DNA of 64,000 nucleotides from a virus. How positions within the stretch are numbered: position 1 is the stretch's first letter; every line of letters begins with the position of its first letter. Shown here in pieces: positions 1-10,662 of this stretch. The notes beneath the pieces are model-generated. The model saw only the letters and a list, made by a program, of their open reading frames with translations, searched no databases and was not told the origin of the DNA. The stretch lies in the IMG/VR virus record IMGVR_UViG_3300030098_006058, positions 25,109 to 89,108 of that record; one strand, 5' to 3'. The position numbers and the translations under genes were made by a program.

Positions 1-1
1 T

Positions 2-3000
2 GATTTAGAATGGGATTTTGATACTGCAAGTCCAACTTTATATGCACCTGTTTATGATCCCATAAATGGAATGGGTATTAGATATTATGTATTAAATGCT
101 TCTAATGTTCCTTCTAGTAGTGGAGATGTAGCTAAGTCTTTCCAAAGTACTGGAACATGGGGAGATAGAACTATTTGGTCTTTATTTAGAGATCCATATG
201 ACGATAAAATTTATGTAGCAACTCCAAATAAAATTGGTAGTACAGGAGGATATAGTGCAAATTATAATGATACTTATGGTATAACACAGGTTTCTGCTAT
301 AACAAATTCAAGTAGTCCTGCTGGTACTGCAGAGTTTGTAGATTCAGTAGTAACTACAGGTACTAAATTAGTTAGAAAAGGTTTAGGTACAAGAGCAATA
401 AGAGATGAAGCATCTGCATCATCTGGTAAATATAATTTAACTCCATGTGATACATTTAAAGAATATGTATTAGATTCAGATGGATTTATTTGGAGTATAG
501 ACGGAGCACTTGATGCTACGAAAATTGCTGATGTAAGTAGTATTACAAATAGAAAAAATATAGCGGTTCAAAAGGAAACTGGATTTATATATTTATTAGC
601 GGGTACAGGAGCTACTCAAGCTATCTATAAAGTAGACCCTATTTCAGGATCTGTAGCTTCAGGAGTAGCAATTTCTGGAGCAGGTATTACAGGTTTTAAT
701 AGTATTTGTAGTAAAGATGGAGATGCTCTTAAATTATATGCAGTTATAGAAATAGCTGGTCCGCATTATAATTATGCAGAAATAGTAATTGCTACAGGAG
801 TAGCTACTAAAACTGCAGGTAATACATCTCATGTTGCAGTAGATACTGCATATATAGGTACTACATTATATATGGCATCTGGAGATGATCTATATAAAAA
901 TACAGGACCTGGTACATGGGCTACAGTAGGAGCTAATGGTCTAAGTACAAACTATGAAGGTTTAGCTACAGATGATACAACTTTATATGGTTATATAGCT
1001 GGAAAGAGATATACTATTAATACAACTAGTGGAGCAGCAACATTAGGAAAAAGTATAACAACAAATGGTGGAACAGCTACTTGGAATTATACAATTACAG
1101 GTGCTGGCCAAATTAATTATGCAGGAACTCTTAATCCTCTTATTACTTCTGATGGTACTATTCCTCCATTTGTAGGAGATATAATTAGAGTTGAAAACTT
1201 TGCAGGATGTTGGACTGTTAGTACAGCTTCTTCAGGAACTGCTCAAGTAGTTGGGAATGTTTTACAAAGTTATTCAGATTGTGATTCTTGTACTTTAGTT
1301 GATAGTAATTTAGAGTGTAAATTACTTGTTGATTGTTGTACAACAGGGGCCGGAATACCTCAAAAAGTAGTTGGAACTACAGATGATTCTACAATAGTAG
1401 TTGGTAATGTATATGAAATTACAGGTAATGCTACAACTTCAGATCAATTAAATAGATGTGTTAAAGCTGTTTCTCCTGATTCTGATTTATATGTTACTTT
1501 TTATAATGGAGAAGTAGGTAGTATAGATTTAACTACCGGTATTATTACACAGAATACAGGTCTTCCAAATACTATGGGTATTACTTTTGATAGTAATGGA
1601 AATGGTTTAACATTACAAGAAGATGGAAAAATTAGTTTAGTTAAACCTTCTGGTTTTGCTAATGCTATAGAAGTTAATGCTAGTGCAGTTTCCATGAATA
1701 AAGCTATTACTGTAGCGGATGATGGTACTATATATGCAGCAGGAGATGTTTCTGGTGTAACAAAATTACAAAGTATAACTTATGATAATAATGCTGATAC
1801 CATAACTTTTGGTTCTACATTAGTTAATGCTAGTGTTCTTCTTACAGGAGATATGGCTGTAGGTCCTGATACATTATTATATTGTACAGGAGATGCGGCT
1901 CCTTCTGGTGCATTAGATCCAAATGATCTATTTACTTTAGATACAACTTCAGCTACTAATACTACTATTGCAAGTTTAACTACTACATTAAGTTTAACAA
2001 CTCATCAAATAGTTAAAGGTATATCTTTTGTTAAAGATGTATGTAAAGTATTAGTTTGGGATTCTGCGTCTAATGGTTTAACATTATTTGATGTTAATCA
2101 TCTTAGTGGAGTTTTAATAAGTAGTTTATCTTTACAACATCCAGATGGTAGTTCTGCTTTTGAAATTCCTCCTACAAGTATAGCTTATAATAATCCTTGT
2201 AAATACCATACTGAAAGTTCATTTAAAGTAACTTCTTATGGAAATTGTTCTGATTGTGCTGCATCTGATACATCAAAAAAATGTAAATATAAATTAATTA
2301 ACTGTAAAAACGGTTTAGTTAAATATACTGAAGTAGATTTATCAGCAGATGTTGGTAAAATAATCTCTTTAAATGAAGTAGGATTATATAAATGTTATAC
2401 TGTAGAACATACATATTCTGATTCTGTTACAGCTGATGTAACTAAATTAGCAGGTTATACAGATTGTACTGATTGTGAAAATAGTGAAAATTCTATTTTT
2501 AGATTATTGAAATGTACTGATGAAACTTCAGATCCAAAATATACAACTGAAGATTTAACTCCAGGTATATCTGGATATGTTGGTAAAGTAGCTATTCTAG
2601 AAGGAGAATATTATGGAAGAATAGTAGATAGTTTAGGAACTTCTGCTCATTCATTATTAACTACTGCAGTAACTATTGTTAATCATACTTCAAAATGTAG
2701 TGATGCTAATTTCTATACTCGAATAACTGCATGCAATGATTCAACAAGAATTATTGATATTGACTATACCTTAAGTCCAAGTATTCATTCTTATATAGGT
2801 ACTTCTAAAGGTTTAGCTATAAATAATCTAGGAAATAAAGAAGATGAAGTTTGTTGGACAGCAGCTTCTTGGATTGAAGGTCCAACTCCTTATGTATATC
2901 AAAATATTACTGTAACTGCTTTTGCTGATGATTGTGATACTTGTGTTCAAACTGCATTAGCACCACCACCATCACAGATTGCTTTATCATCTTGTTGTAA

Positions 3001-6000
3001 TACACCATCTGGTGATTATGCTCCTGATTTTTATTTTGCAGTTACTGCTGGAGTTGATATAAATTTAGATGATGATGGATTAATTGTTGAAGCAGATATT
3101 ACAGATCCAACTACTGGTATACTTTATAATGGATGTTGGAATGTAGACGAATTACCTGGATTGATGGATCCTTCTTTTTTAACTGATTGGGATTATATTA
3201 ATGTATTAGCTTCTACTGTTGTAGGGGGAAGTCCAGGAACTAGTTGTCATGGATGTACATATTGGTGTACAGCTACAGCAGGATGTGAAGTATTAGCTTG
3301 TGTTTCATCTGCACAGGATTATTTTGTAGAGTGTGGAGGATTTAGTCAGGCCGAACAAGGTGCTGGTGTATTAGCATTTGATGAAGATCCTCTTAGAGAA
3401 TGTTTTAGATTATGTAATAATAAATTTAATGGTGTACACGGAATAAACTGGTATTGGGGTAATGGAGCAGGATTGAAGTGGGAATTATTAGGTACTCCTT
3501 ATGCTACATTTGATGGAAATAGTCAAATGGGTATGGGGATTATAGGAATGCCAGGTGATTATGGATATACTAGATTTGGAAGTGCTGTACACTGTGTAGC
3601 TGAAAATATCACTATAGGAACTAAAGATTATGTTAAGGGAGATATTTTATTTTATACCGACGGTCATCATGTGTTTAATTCTAATCATGTATTCATGGAC
3701 AATGGTACAAATTTGGCTGGAGGAGATATGGTGAGTCCAATTTCAGATATTAATTCTGCTTATGATAATTATAGAATGGCTACACAACAGGCTATTATTG
3801 TACCAGACCCTCAAGGAGGATTTATAGGTAATAGTACAAAGACTCATGCTTGGTATTATATATTTTACCAATCAACAGGAGATGGACCTTTTTATTCGGC
3901 AAAAGTATTAATGGATACTTTTAATGGATTAGGACTTGTAGCTCCTGATACTATTGACTATAAAATACATGATAATTCTACAGAAAGATTATGTGTAAGT
4001 ACTGGAAGAACTGATGATGCAGAAGAGGTTTATTGGGTAATAGAAGTACAACCATGGTATGATATTCCAAATCCAGATTTTGGAACACCATTAGCAGAAC
4101 CTAATGCAACTATACGTGTTCATAAAGTTAGTGCTATTGGATTTGAAGTAGATTATACAATATTTGAATTAGATCAAAATAATATTCAGGGGAAATTAGA
4201 TAATTTCCAACAAATGTCTGTATGTGCAAGAATAAAAATGTCACCAGATAATAAATGGATTGTTCTAACAGGTTGGCAAGGAGGAGCGAATTGGACTCAA
4301 TTATTAAGATTTGATGAAACTACTGGAGAGATAGGTCCTACTTATGGAGAAATCTGGACAGATGCTCCAAATTTAGGGTGTGTTCCTGTTACTACAGGTT
4401 GTAATACTAATATTGCGACTAGTTTTATTCCAACAATGACTGCTGTTGAATTTGATGCAGGAAGTAATTATTTATATATGATAAGGAGCGGATCAATCTA
4501 TCCGCCAGAAGTTCCATCGGGAAGTTGTGAAGGTCAAAATACAATGCAACCTGCTTTATTAAGAAGATCTCTTGATGGTGTAACTGGAGAAATAGGAGAA
4601 ATAGAAATAGTAGAAAATAATATACAGTTTTTACCAGGAATCAATAATATTCCTGCTATGGATACTGAAGGACAAGGAGAGGGTTGTGCAAATCATGCAG
4701 CTATTCCAGTAGATATGGTTATAGGACCTGATTGGAATTTATATTATGGTATGTTTAAAGGTAAATTAACTGGAAGTCAGAATACAGGTTTAAGTTCTTG
4801 GAAACAAGGAAGTTTTATAGGACAGGATTTTAATGATGGCGAATTTAGTACATATGATAAATATATAGGTAGAGTTGTTAATCCTCATAATGACTATCCA
4901 ATAGTTCTAAGTCCTAATGAAGATCAGTGGGATCAAACTTATGTAAGTTTGGAAAATCGAAGAATGGCAACAGGATTCCCAGTATACTTAAAGAAAAAAT
5001 GTGCTCTACCTAGTGAAGATGATACTGTGTATGATGTGGGTGTAGCAGCTACATATGAAGCATGTGATGAAAGTACTGATTGTGGAATAGTTATACCTCC
5101 TATACCTGCATATCAATTAACTGAGTGTGGATGTTCAGGAGCAGATGGTATTGGTTGTGGGGGAGCTATTACAGATCCGTGCTATACTTGTGATAAGGAT
5201 TATGATGGCATTCAACAAACTACTGGATTAGAAGCGCCTACTTCTAATATTGTAGCTAATCCTACTGTTGGAAATGCTAAATGGAGTACTTTAGAAACTG
5301 GTACTAATTCTAGACATTGGACAGTCATTAGAGAAGCAGTAGAATTATTAGCTACTGGAGTTGATCAAACTGTAACACTGAGTTATAGTTATTGTAAAGG
5401 TGGAACTAGTTTTCATGGAGGACAGGTTTTACAAACTTTTGAACAAGGTCCTGCAACATCTAGAACAACTGGAATAAGCAATTATACTGGTGTTGCATTT
5501 GATTATGTATATGCAATAACTGAAATACAATTTAAAGCAGAAATTGCCTATTGCTTTCAAATAATGAAGGAATTATTTGAATCAGTATTTAACAAATCTT
5601 GTGGATATGGTGCTAATTTATGTTTAAATTTTGTACCTGCAAATGCACCAGGTTTAGCTCCTGGATCTGCTGCTTTAGGAAATGAAGTTTGGGATGGGGT
5701 TACTGGAACTGGAATTGTGAATGAAGATGAACTATTAAATAATCCAGTAGGAAGCCCTCAAGGAACTCCATTCGATGATTCTGCAGGAACTTCAGGAATA
5801 TCAAATATCGGTGATATTAGAATAGGTATGTCAGCTAATTCACCTTCGCCCGCAGGTGCACTAGGTCGTGGAGGATCTCCTTCTCCTAATTCTGTACCTG
5901 GGTTATCAAGAGATACTGGTTGTTATTTCGGTAACTGTAATACACAAAATCCAGCACGTATGTATTCATTGATATGGTTAGAGGGTAATACTGAGTGGAG

Positions 6001-9000
6001 AATGAGAACTCAGCCTTATGATGAAACTATAGGAAATCTTATAAATAATTCTGGTGAGTCTAAAAATTATGAAATAGTAAGAATTATGGCCCATGAAATA
6101 TTTCATGCTTTAGGAATGGGACATTGTTGGAGAACTTTTAGGACTCAAGGAGTTGTAGATGGATTTAATTGTGCCAATGTAATAAATAGTCCTTGTACAT
6201 CTCCTGGTATACAAGGTAATGGTGCATGTGCAGGTTGGTGGGCATATTATTGCGGGGTATTAGAAACTAATTCTATAATGGCAGCAACAGTAGGTTCAGA
6301 TATGGAATGGAATGATTTCTTTGGAACACCTTCCTGTAATCTAGCAGGAGGAGATAGTGGATTGATAGATCGAACTTCTGTATGTGCTCTTTATGGTTAT
6401 ACTTATGGAAATAGTCCATATAGTGAAGCAGGAACAACTTATAATCAAATAACAAATTCTGTTATAGCCCAAGCTCAAGGAGCATCTACTACGGGATTAG
6501 CAGATGAAGATAATGATGTATGGCAATGTCCTGCATGTGAAGGTGGATTATTTTATACAACTGCTGCAGAGTTTGAACCATTTGTTGGTGGAACAATTTT
6601 ATGGAATCCTGGTGATGGATTAGGAGAAAGATGTTTTGAAGTAAGCGCTATAGATGGTATACCTGAAGGTGAAACAGATACAACTATAACAGGATATGAG
6701 GGTCCTTATGAGGACTGTGATGAATGTCTGTTAACTCAGTTGTCTCCACCTTGTTGGCAATTATCTTTATGTATGCAATGTGAAGCAAATGTAGATGGTT
6801 CGACTCCAATGAATATAATTACAACAACTGATATGAGTTCATATTGTGTCATTGGAGGAATACCAGGTGATGATGTGAATACTCCTGTAGTTGTATTAGA
6901 AGAATATCCAAATGCATGTTGGACAGTTGAATGTGCACTTTCGATAGACTTAGATGAGGCTCTATGTCAAACTGCTGCTCCAGTAACTGTAGAATCTTCA
7001 CATGCAGATTGTCAAATTTGCTGCGATGGTGTAGGGGGACAATGTTTTAGTCTTCATAGTTGTACCACTGGAGAAACATTTATAACTTTTACTAATTTAT
7101 TTATATATATAGGTCAGGTAGTTACTTTAACTCAATATGTTCCTGGAATGACACCGGGAGATTGTTTTACAGTAAGTTTATGCGGTCCTTGTGGTCCTGA
7201 TTGTTTAGGTCTTGGAGCAGTTACAGTTAATGAAACATGGAATGATTGTAAATCATGTGTGACAGAGGGACAGCAAATATATGATTTATTTGATTGTGCA
7301 ACATGTTTTGAAGAGGATTATTGGTCTTATCCAAATCCAATTCCAGCAGGATGTAATTATGTATTAGGTGTTGCTGAAACTGTAGCTATTAGTATTTTAA
7401 ATGGTATGGGTGGATCTGCTTATTTTACTGGAGATCCTGCAGTAGAAGATTCTGAAGGAAACCCATTCTGCATGAAAGTATTTCCAAGTGAGATGAATTG
7501 GTCTCCTTATGCGGTTGATGTTACTCAATCTTGTATATGTAATCCTGATGAACCTACTCCAGTTATAGGCTGTATGGATTCAACAGCATTAAATTATAAT
7601 CCAAATGCGAATACTCCATGTGATGGAACAAATGGAAATCCTGTTATTATACCATGTCAAGAAGATCAAACTATACAAACTAATCCATTAGGATGTTGTT
7701 GTATATATATAGATGATACAGAATATGAAGGATGTTGTGATCAAACAGCTGTAAATTATTGTCCAGGATGTAGTAATTGTTGTCCTGATAATAGCTGTTG
7801 TCAATATAATCCACCTCCCCCTTTAATTTCAGTACAATATGAAGAAGATTGTATAAACTGTTTAAGTTGGGATGAAATAGATGATGTATTCCAGAAAGCT
7901 GCTAAGATGTGTGATGTATGTTGGCCTCCACCAGGAATAACATATAAAGAATATTATTGTAATGAACCATTACCTGTGGTTCCTGATCCATTAGATCCTC
8001 CAATAATTGGATGTCTGGATCCTGTTGCATGGAATTATAATCCTGATGCAGAATTACCTTGTGACGGTTGTTGCGAATATGTAGATGGTTGTACAGATCA
8101 ATCTGCATGTAATTATGATCCTGAAGCAACAGAGACTAATTTAGATGCTTGTATATATCCAAATGAATGTGGAAGTTGTATAGGTGATTTAAGCTGTTTA
8201 GAACCTGGATGTATGGACCCAACAGCTTGTAACTATGATCCAAATGCACAAGAAGATTGTGTAACTTGCTGTGAATATTCTACATGTGTAGGATGTTGTG
8301 ATGAAAACGATCCTAATTATTGTCCAACGTGTACAGTTTGTAATTCTAATTATTGTGTAGCTGGAATATTTGATTGTTTATCTAATAGAGATATTTATGT
8401 ATTTTATGATATGACTTCTATGGGATATGTTGGAGCCGGAACTACACAAGATGATAGACTATTATTTGTAAATGGTATAAAGGATACTATGGATGAAGTA
8501 TATATGTGGTTAGTAAATGGAGGATATCTAGGAAATGTTTATCATTTACCAGTTCAACATGTGTCATGTGCTGTAAATGGGACTGGGATTTGTGGTGGTA
8601 CGGCTCAAGATTATAGTACTTGGATACCAACTGCAACTGCATCAGCAAACTTTGAAAGATATTTAAGATGGTTTACATATCCAGCTCATGGAAATAAAGG
8701 AGCTAATAGTGGAGATTTACCAGATTCAGATAGAGTATCTTTTGTTACTTTATCTAAATGTAATCCAGGTGCACCAAATGCGGGACAACCAACAGATTAT
8801 TGTTTTAATAATATAACATATAATACAGGTGTAGGAGGAACAACTGCTCCAATAATAAAACAGATTTCTGCTAAATATACTTGGGATGGAATAAGTGATT
8901 TTGAAAGCGGTCTTCCTCAACCTCAATTAGATCCAAATGGACATGGGGCTGCGGATGGTCCAGGTTGTGAAGGGCTGTATGATCCATATCATGAATTTGC

Positions 9001-9841
9001 TCCAGAAAAACCAGTTGATAATAGCCCAATTTGTATAGCATTTATAGATGAAAGTGGTCAACAAGGTGCAGCTGGAACTCCAGTTAGTAATACTGATGAT
9101 ACTATTAATATAGGCCAATATACATCACAAGAACTTATTTCTAGTGCACTAGCTGGTCAAGGAGATGGATGTCTGGTTACTGATTTAAATTATACTTTAG
9201 GGGCCGGAGCTGCTAATACTTTTCCATATACTGGAGATCATGGAATAGGTTTAGGGTGTCATTCAGATACTGCTTCCGATGCATCAGGATATTTAAATCC
9301 TGCTAATAATGTAACTCAAGAATACAAATGGGATTTCATGGATTTTGATAAATTCTGGTCATTAGGATATGATGATACTACATTTACTTTTAATACAGTA
9401 GGTAATGAAAATGGATACGCTCAAAATAATGCTAACTTCTTAATTATACCAGCAGCTGCACAATGGCAAGGTATGACAGATAGTAACCAACTTATTTTAA
9501 TACATCATTTAAATCAAGCTATTGGTAGAGGAGTTCCAACTCTATCAGGTCATATTGAAGTAGCAAACTTTGTAGAGTGGCCAGTATATGTAGGTACAAG
9601 TAATAATACTAGACATAGTGCTAGATACATGACAGACCCTCTTATGGTTAATAAATATGCAGGTGGACAGCAGGGATTTGCAATACAATCTGAACCAAAT
9701 AATATGTTAGGTAATTATAAATTTAATTATTCATTACCTAATGAAGTTACATCTCTTGGACAGGTAGGATCAGATGCAATGTTATTCCTTCTATTAGAAG
9801 GGCTATGTGCAAACTATATGGAGATGGGTGCAGTACAATAA
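2..9841 (+). CDS. Giant Cys-rich modular virion/tail-associated protein (beta-propeller-like segments, metzincin protease, GCxD repeats, vWA-like C-terminus); 5'-truncated
   Basis: The frame is open from position 2 (DLEWDFDTASPTLYAPVYDPINGM...), so the start probably lies upstream of the window. HEIFHALGMGH at 6092-6124 with Met-turn SIM at 6272-6280. Six GCxDxxxxNY repeats at 7568-8330. Many YxDCxxC units. Sits in the late structural block. Confidence 0.75.
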   Translation, partial: DLEWDFDTASPTLYAPVYDPINGMGIRYYVLNASNVPSSSGDVAKSFQSTGTWGDRTIWSLFRDPYDDKIYVATPNKIGSTGGYSANYNDTYGITQVSAITNSSSPAGTAEFVDSVVTTGTKLVRKGLGTRAIRDEASASSGKYNLTPCDTFKEYVLDSDGFIWSIDGALDATKIADVSSITNRKNIAVQKETGFIYLLAGTGATQAIYKVDPISGSVASGVAISGAGITGFNSICSKDGDALKLYAVIEIAGPHYNYAEIVIATGVATKTAGNTSHVAVDTAYIGTTLYMASGDDLYKNTGPGTWATVGANGLSTNYEGLATDDTTLYGYIAGKRYTINTTSGAATLGKSITTNGGTATWNYTITGAGQINYAGTLNPLITSDGTIPPFVGDIIRVENFAGCWTVSTASSGTAQVVGNVLQSYSDCDSCTLVDSNLECKLLVDCCTTGAGIPQKVVGTTDDSTIVVGNVYEITGNATTSDQLNRCVKAVSPDSDLYVTFYNGEVGSIDLTTGIITQNTGLPNTMGITFDSNGNGLTLQEDGKISLVKPSGFANAIEVNASAVSMNKAITVADDGTIYAAGDVSGVTKLQSITYDNNADTITFGSTLVNASVLLTGDMAVGPDTLLYCTGDAAPSGALDPNDLFTLDTTSATNTTIASLTTTLSLTTHQIVKGISFVKDVCKVLVWDSASNGLTLFDVNHLSGVLISSLSLQHPDGSSAFEIPPTSIAYNNPCKYHTESSFKVTSYGNCSDCAASDTSKKCKYKLINCKNGLVKYTEVDLSADVGKIISLNEVGLYKCYTVEHTYSDSVTADVTKLAGYTDCTDCENSENSIFRLLKCTDETSDPKYTTEDLTPGISGYVGKVAILEGEYYGRIVDSLGTSAHSLLTTAVTIVNHTSKCSDANFYTRITACNDSTRIIDIDYTLSPSIHSYIGTSKGLAINNLGNKEDEVCWTAASWIEGPTPYVYQNITVTAFADDCDTCVQTALAPPPSQIALSSCCNTPSGDYAPDFYFAVTAGVDINLDDDGLIVEADITDPTTGILYNGCWNVDELPGLMDPSFLTDWDYINVLASTVVGGSPGTSCHGCTYWCTATAGCEVLACVSSAQDYFVECGGFSQAEQGAGVLAFDEDPLRECFRLCNNKFNGVHGINWYWGNGAGLKWELLGTPYATFDGNSQMGMGIIGMPGDYGYTRFGSAVHCVAENITIGTKDYVKGDILFYTDGHHVFNSNHVFMDNGTNLAGGDMVSPISDINSAYDNYRMATQQAIIVPDPQGGFIGNSTKTHAWYYIFYQSTGDGPFYSAKVLMDTFNGLGLVAPDTIDYKIHDNSTERLCVSTGRTDDAEEVYWVIEVQPWYDIPNPDFGTPLAEPNATIRVHKVSAIGFEVDYTIFELDQNNIQGKLDNFQQMSVCARIKMSPDNKWIVLTGWQGGANWTQLLRFDETTGEIGPTYGEIWTDAPNLGCVPVTTGCNTNIATSFIPTMTAVEFDAGSNYLYMIRSGSIYPPEVPSGSCEGQNTMQPALLRRSLDGVTGEIGEIEIVENNIQFLPGINNIPAMDTEGQGEGCANHAAIPVDMVIGPDWNLYYGMFKGKLTGSQNTGLSSWKQGSFIGQDFNDGEFSTYDKYIGRVVNPHNDYPIVLSPNEDQWDQTYVSLENRRMATGFPVYLKKKCALPSEDDTVYDVGVAATYEACDESTDCGIVIPPIPAYQLTECGCSGADGIGCGGAITDPCYTCDKDYDGIQQTTGLEAPTSNIVANPTVGNAKWSTLETGTNSRHWTVIREAVELLATGVDQTVTLSYSYCKGGTSFHGGQVLQTFEQGPATSRTTGISNYTGVAFDYVYAITEIQFKAEIAYCFQIMKELFESVFNKSCGYGANLCLNFVPANAPGLAPGSAALGNEVWDGVTGTGIVNEDELLNNPVGSPQGTPFDDSAGTSGISNIGDIRIGMSANSPSPAGALGRGGSPSPNSVPGLSRDTGCYFGNCNTQNPARMYSLIWLEGNTEWRMRTQPYDETIGNLINNSGESKNYEIVRIMAHEIFHALGMGHCWRTFRTQGVVDGFNCANVINSPCTSPGIQGNGACAGWWAYYCGVLETNSIMAATVGSDMEWNDFFGTPSCNLAGGDSGLIDRTSVCALYGYTYGNSPYSEAGTTYNQITNSVIAQAQGASTTGLADEDNDVWQCPACEGGLFYTTAAEFEPFVGGTILWNPGDGLGERCFEVSAIDGIPEGETDTTITGYEGPYEDCDECLLTQLSPPCWQLSLCMQCEANVDGSTPMNIITTTDMSSYCVIGGIPGDDVNTPVVVLEEYPNACWTVECALSIDLDEALCQTAAPVTVESSHADCQICCDGVGGQCFSLHSCTTGETFITFTNLFIYIGQVVTLTQYVPGMTPGDCFTVSLCGPCGPDCLGLGAVTVNETWNDCKSCVTEGQQIYDLFDCATCFEEDYWSYPNPIPAGCNYVLGVAETVAISILNGMGGSAYFTGDPAVEDSEGNPFCMKVFPSEMNWSPYAVDVTQSCICNPDEPTPVIGCMDSTALNYNPNANTPCDGTNGNPVIIPCQEDQTIQTNPLGCCCIYIDDTEYEGCCDQTAVNYCPGCSNCCPDNSCCQYNPPPPLISVQYEEDCINCLSWDEIDDVFQKAAKMCDVCWPPPGITYKEYYCNEPLPVVPDPLDPPIIGCLDPVAWNYNPDAELPCDGCCEYVDGCTDQSACNYDPEATETNLDACIYPNECGSCIGDLSCLEPGCMDPTACNYDPNAQEDCVTCCEYSTCVGCCDENDPNYCPTCTVCNSNYCVAGIFDCLSNRDIYVFYDMTSMGYVGAGTTQDDRLLFVNGIKDTMDEVYMWLVNGGYLGNVYHLPVQHVSCAVNGTGICGGTAQDYSTWIPTATASANFERYLRWFTYPAHGNKGANSGDLPDSDRVSFVTLSKCNPGAPNAGQPTDYCFNNITYNTGVGGTTAPIIKQISAKYTWDGISDFESGLPQPQLDPNGHGAADGPGCEGLYDPYHEFAPEKPVDNSPICIAFIDESGQQGAAGTPVSNTDDTINIGQYTSQELISSALAGQGDGCLVTDLNYTLGAGAANTFPYTGDHGIGLGCHSDTASDASGYLNPANNVTQEYKWDFMDFDKFWSLGYDDTTFTFNTVGNENGYAQNNANFLIIPAAAQWQGMTDSNQLILIHHLNQAIGRGVPTLSGHIEVANFVEWPVYVGTSNNTRHSARYMTDPLMVNKYAGGQQGFAIQSEPNNMLGNYKFNYSLPNEVTSLGQVGSDAMLFLLLEGLCANYMEMGAVQ

Positions 9842-9858
9842 TAAAATATAGGTAATAA

Positions 9859-9890
9859 TTTGAAATTATAAATATTTATCTATATATTTG
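9859..9890 (+). promoter_or_regulatory. Bacteroidota primary-sigma promoter (-33 TTTG / -7 TAnnTTTG)
   Basis: TTTG (9859-9862), 20 nt, then TATATTTG (9883-9890), intergenic upstream of ORF 9930. Confidence 0.7.
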
Positions 9891-9929
9891 GAAAATTAAT
9901 AGAGTAATAATTTAATAAAACATAATTTA

Positions 9930-10295
9930 ATGGCGACTTTAACACATCAATTAATAATATCTAGTACTACTACAAGCTCTGATGCTTTAAGTATTAGTAC
10001 TTCAGATGTACTTACTGTTACTGAACCGTCTATAAATATTGCAAGAAAATCAATAGCTACTGGAGCTGCTCAAACAATTTTACCTGCTATTTCAGCTAAG
10101 TTTACATATATCTATTTAAAAGCTATATCAGGAACTGCTGCTTCAGATTGGGTACAAGTTAAAATTAACGGTCAGGTTATGGCTAAATTAAGAATTGGAG
10201 AATCTATGTGGTTACCAATTTATAATAATTATGCGGTAGAAGGAGAAGCTTACGGAAATGCAGTAATTGTAGAATACGGACAATGGTCAGTATAA
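9930..10295 (+). CDS. Small beta-rich structural protein (putative tail/decoration)
   Basis: 121-aa Thr/Ser/Ala-rich ORF in the structural block with A-rich initiation context. Confidence 0.5.
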   Translation: MATLTHQLIISSTTTSSDALSISTSDVLTVTEPSINIARKSIATGAAQTILPAISAKFTYIYLKAISGTAASDWVQVKINGQVMAKLRIGESMWLPIYNNYAVEGEAYGNAVIVEYGQWSV

Positions 10296-10325
10296 TAGAA
10301 TGTTTAATAATAAAATAGAATAATA

Positions 10326-10628
10326 ATGGCAAGTAATAAACCGGTAAAACTTATTTCTGCAAAAAAAGCTCTTGGAGCTGAAATGACGGGGAAATATGCT
10401 ACAGTTAGTTCTGTAGATAGAATTATAAAAAATTTGCAGTTCTTCTATATTATTGGTACTACAGCTGATACAACAACTGATGGTACTGATTTAGAAGTAG
10501 GAGATATAGTTATTCAGATAGAAGATGCAGCAGCTACCTCTCATTATATGACAGTGGTAACTGCAGGAACTTTACCTGAAGCTTTTGTAGCAAATGATTT
10601 ATATATAGTATTACGACCTGGTGCGTAA
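10326..10628 (+). CDS. Hypothetical structural protein
   Basis: 100-aa ORF, co-oriented and tightly spaced. Confidence 0.5.
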   Translation: MASNKPVKLISAKKALGAEMTGKYATVSSVDRIIKNLQFFYIIGTTADTTTDGTDLEVGDIVIQIEDAAATSHYMTVVTAGTLPEAFVANDLYIVLRPGA

Positions 10629-10662
10629 TTTAATTTAATTTAATAATTTTAAAATTTTTAAT

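Noticed and set aside
7560-8360. Diversity-generating retroelement TR/VR pair
   Set aside because: The repeats are protein-level and diverged at all positions rather than adenine-specific, and there is no reverse transcriptase in the window.
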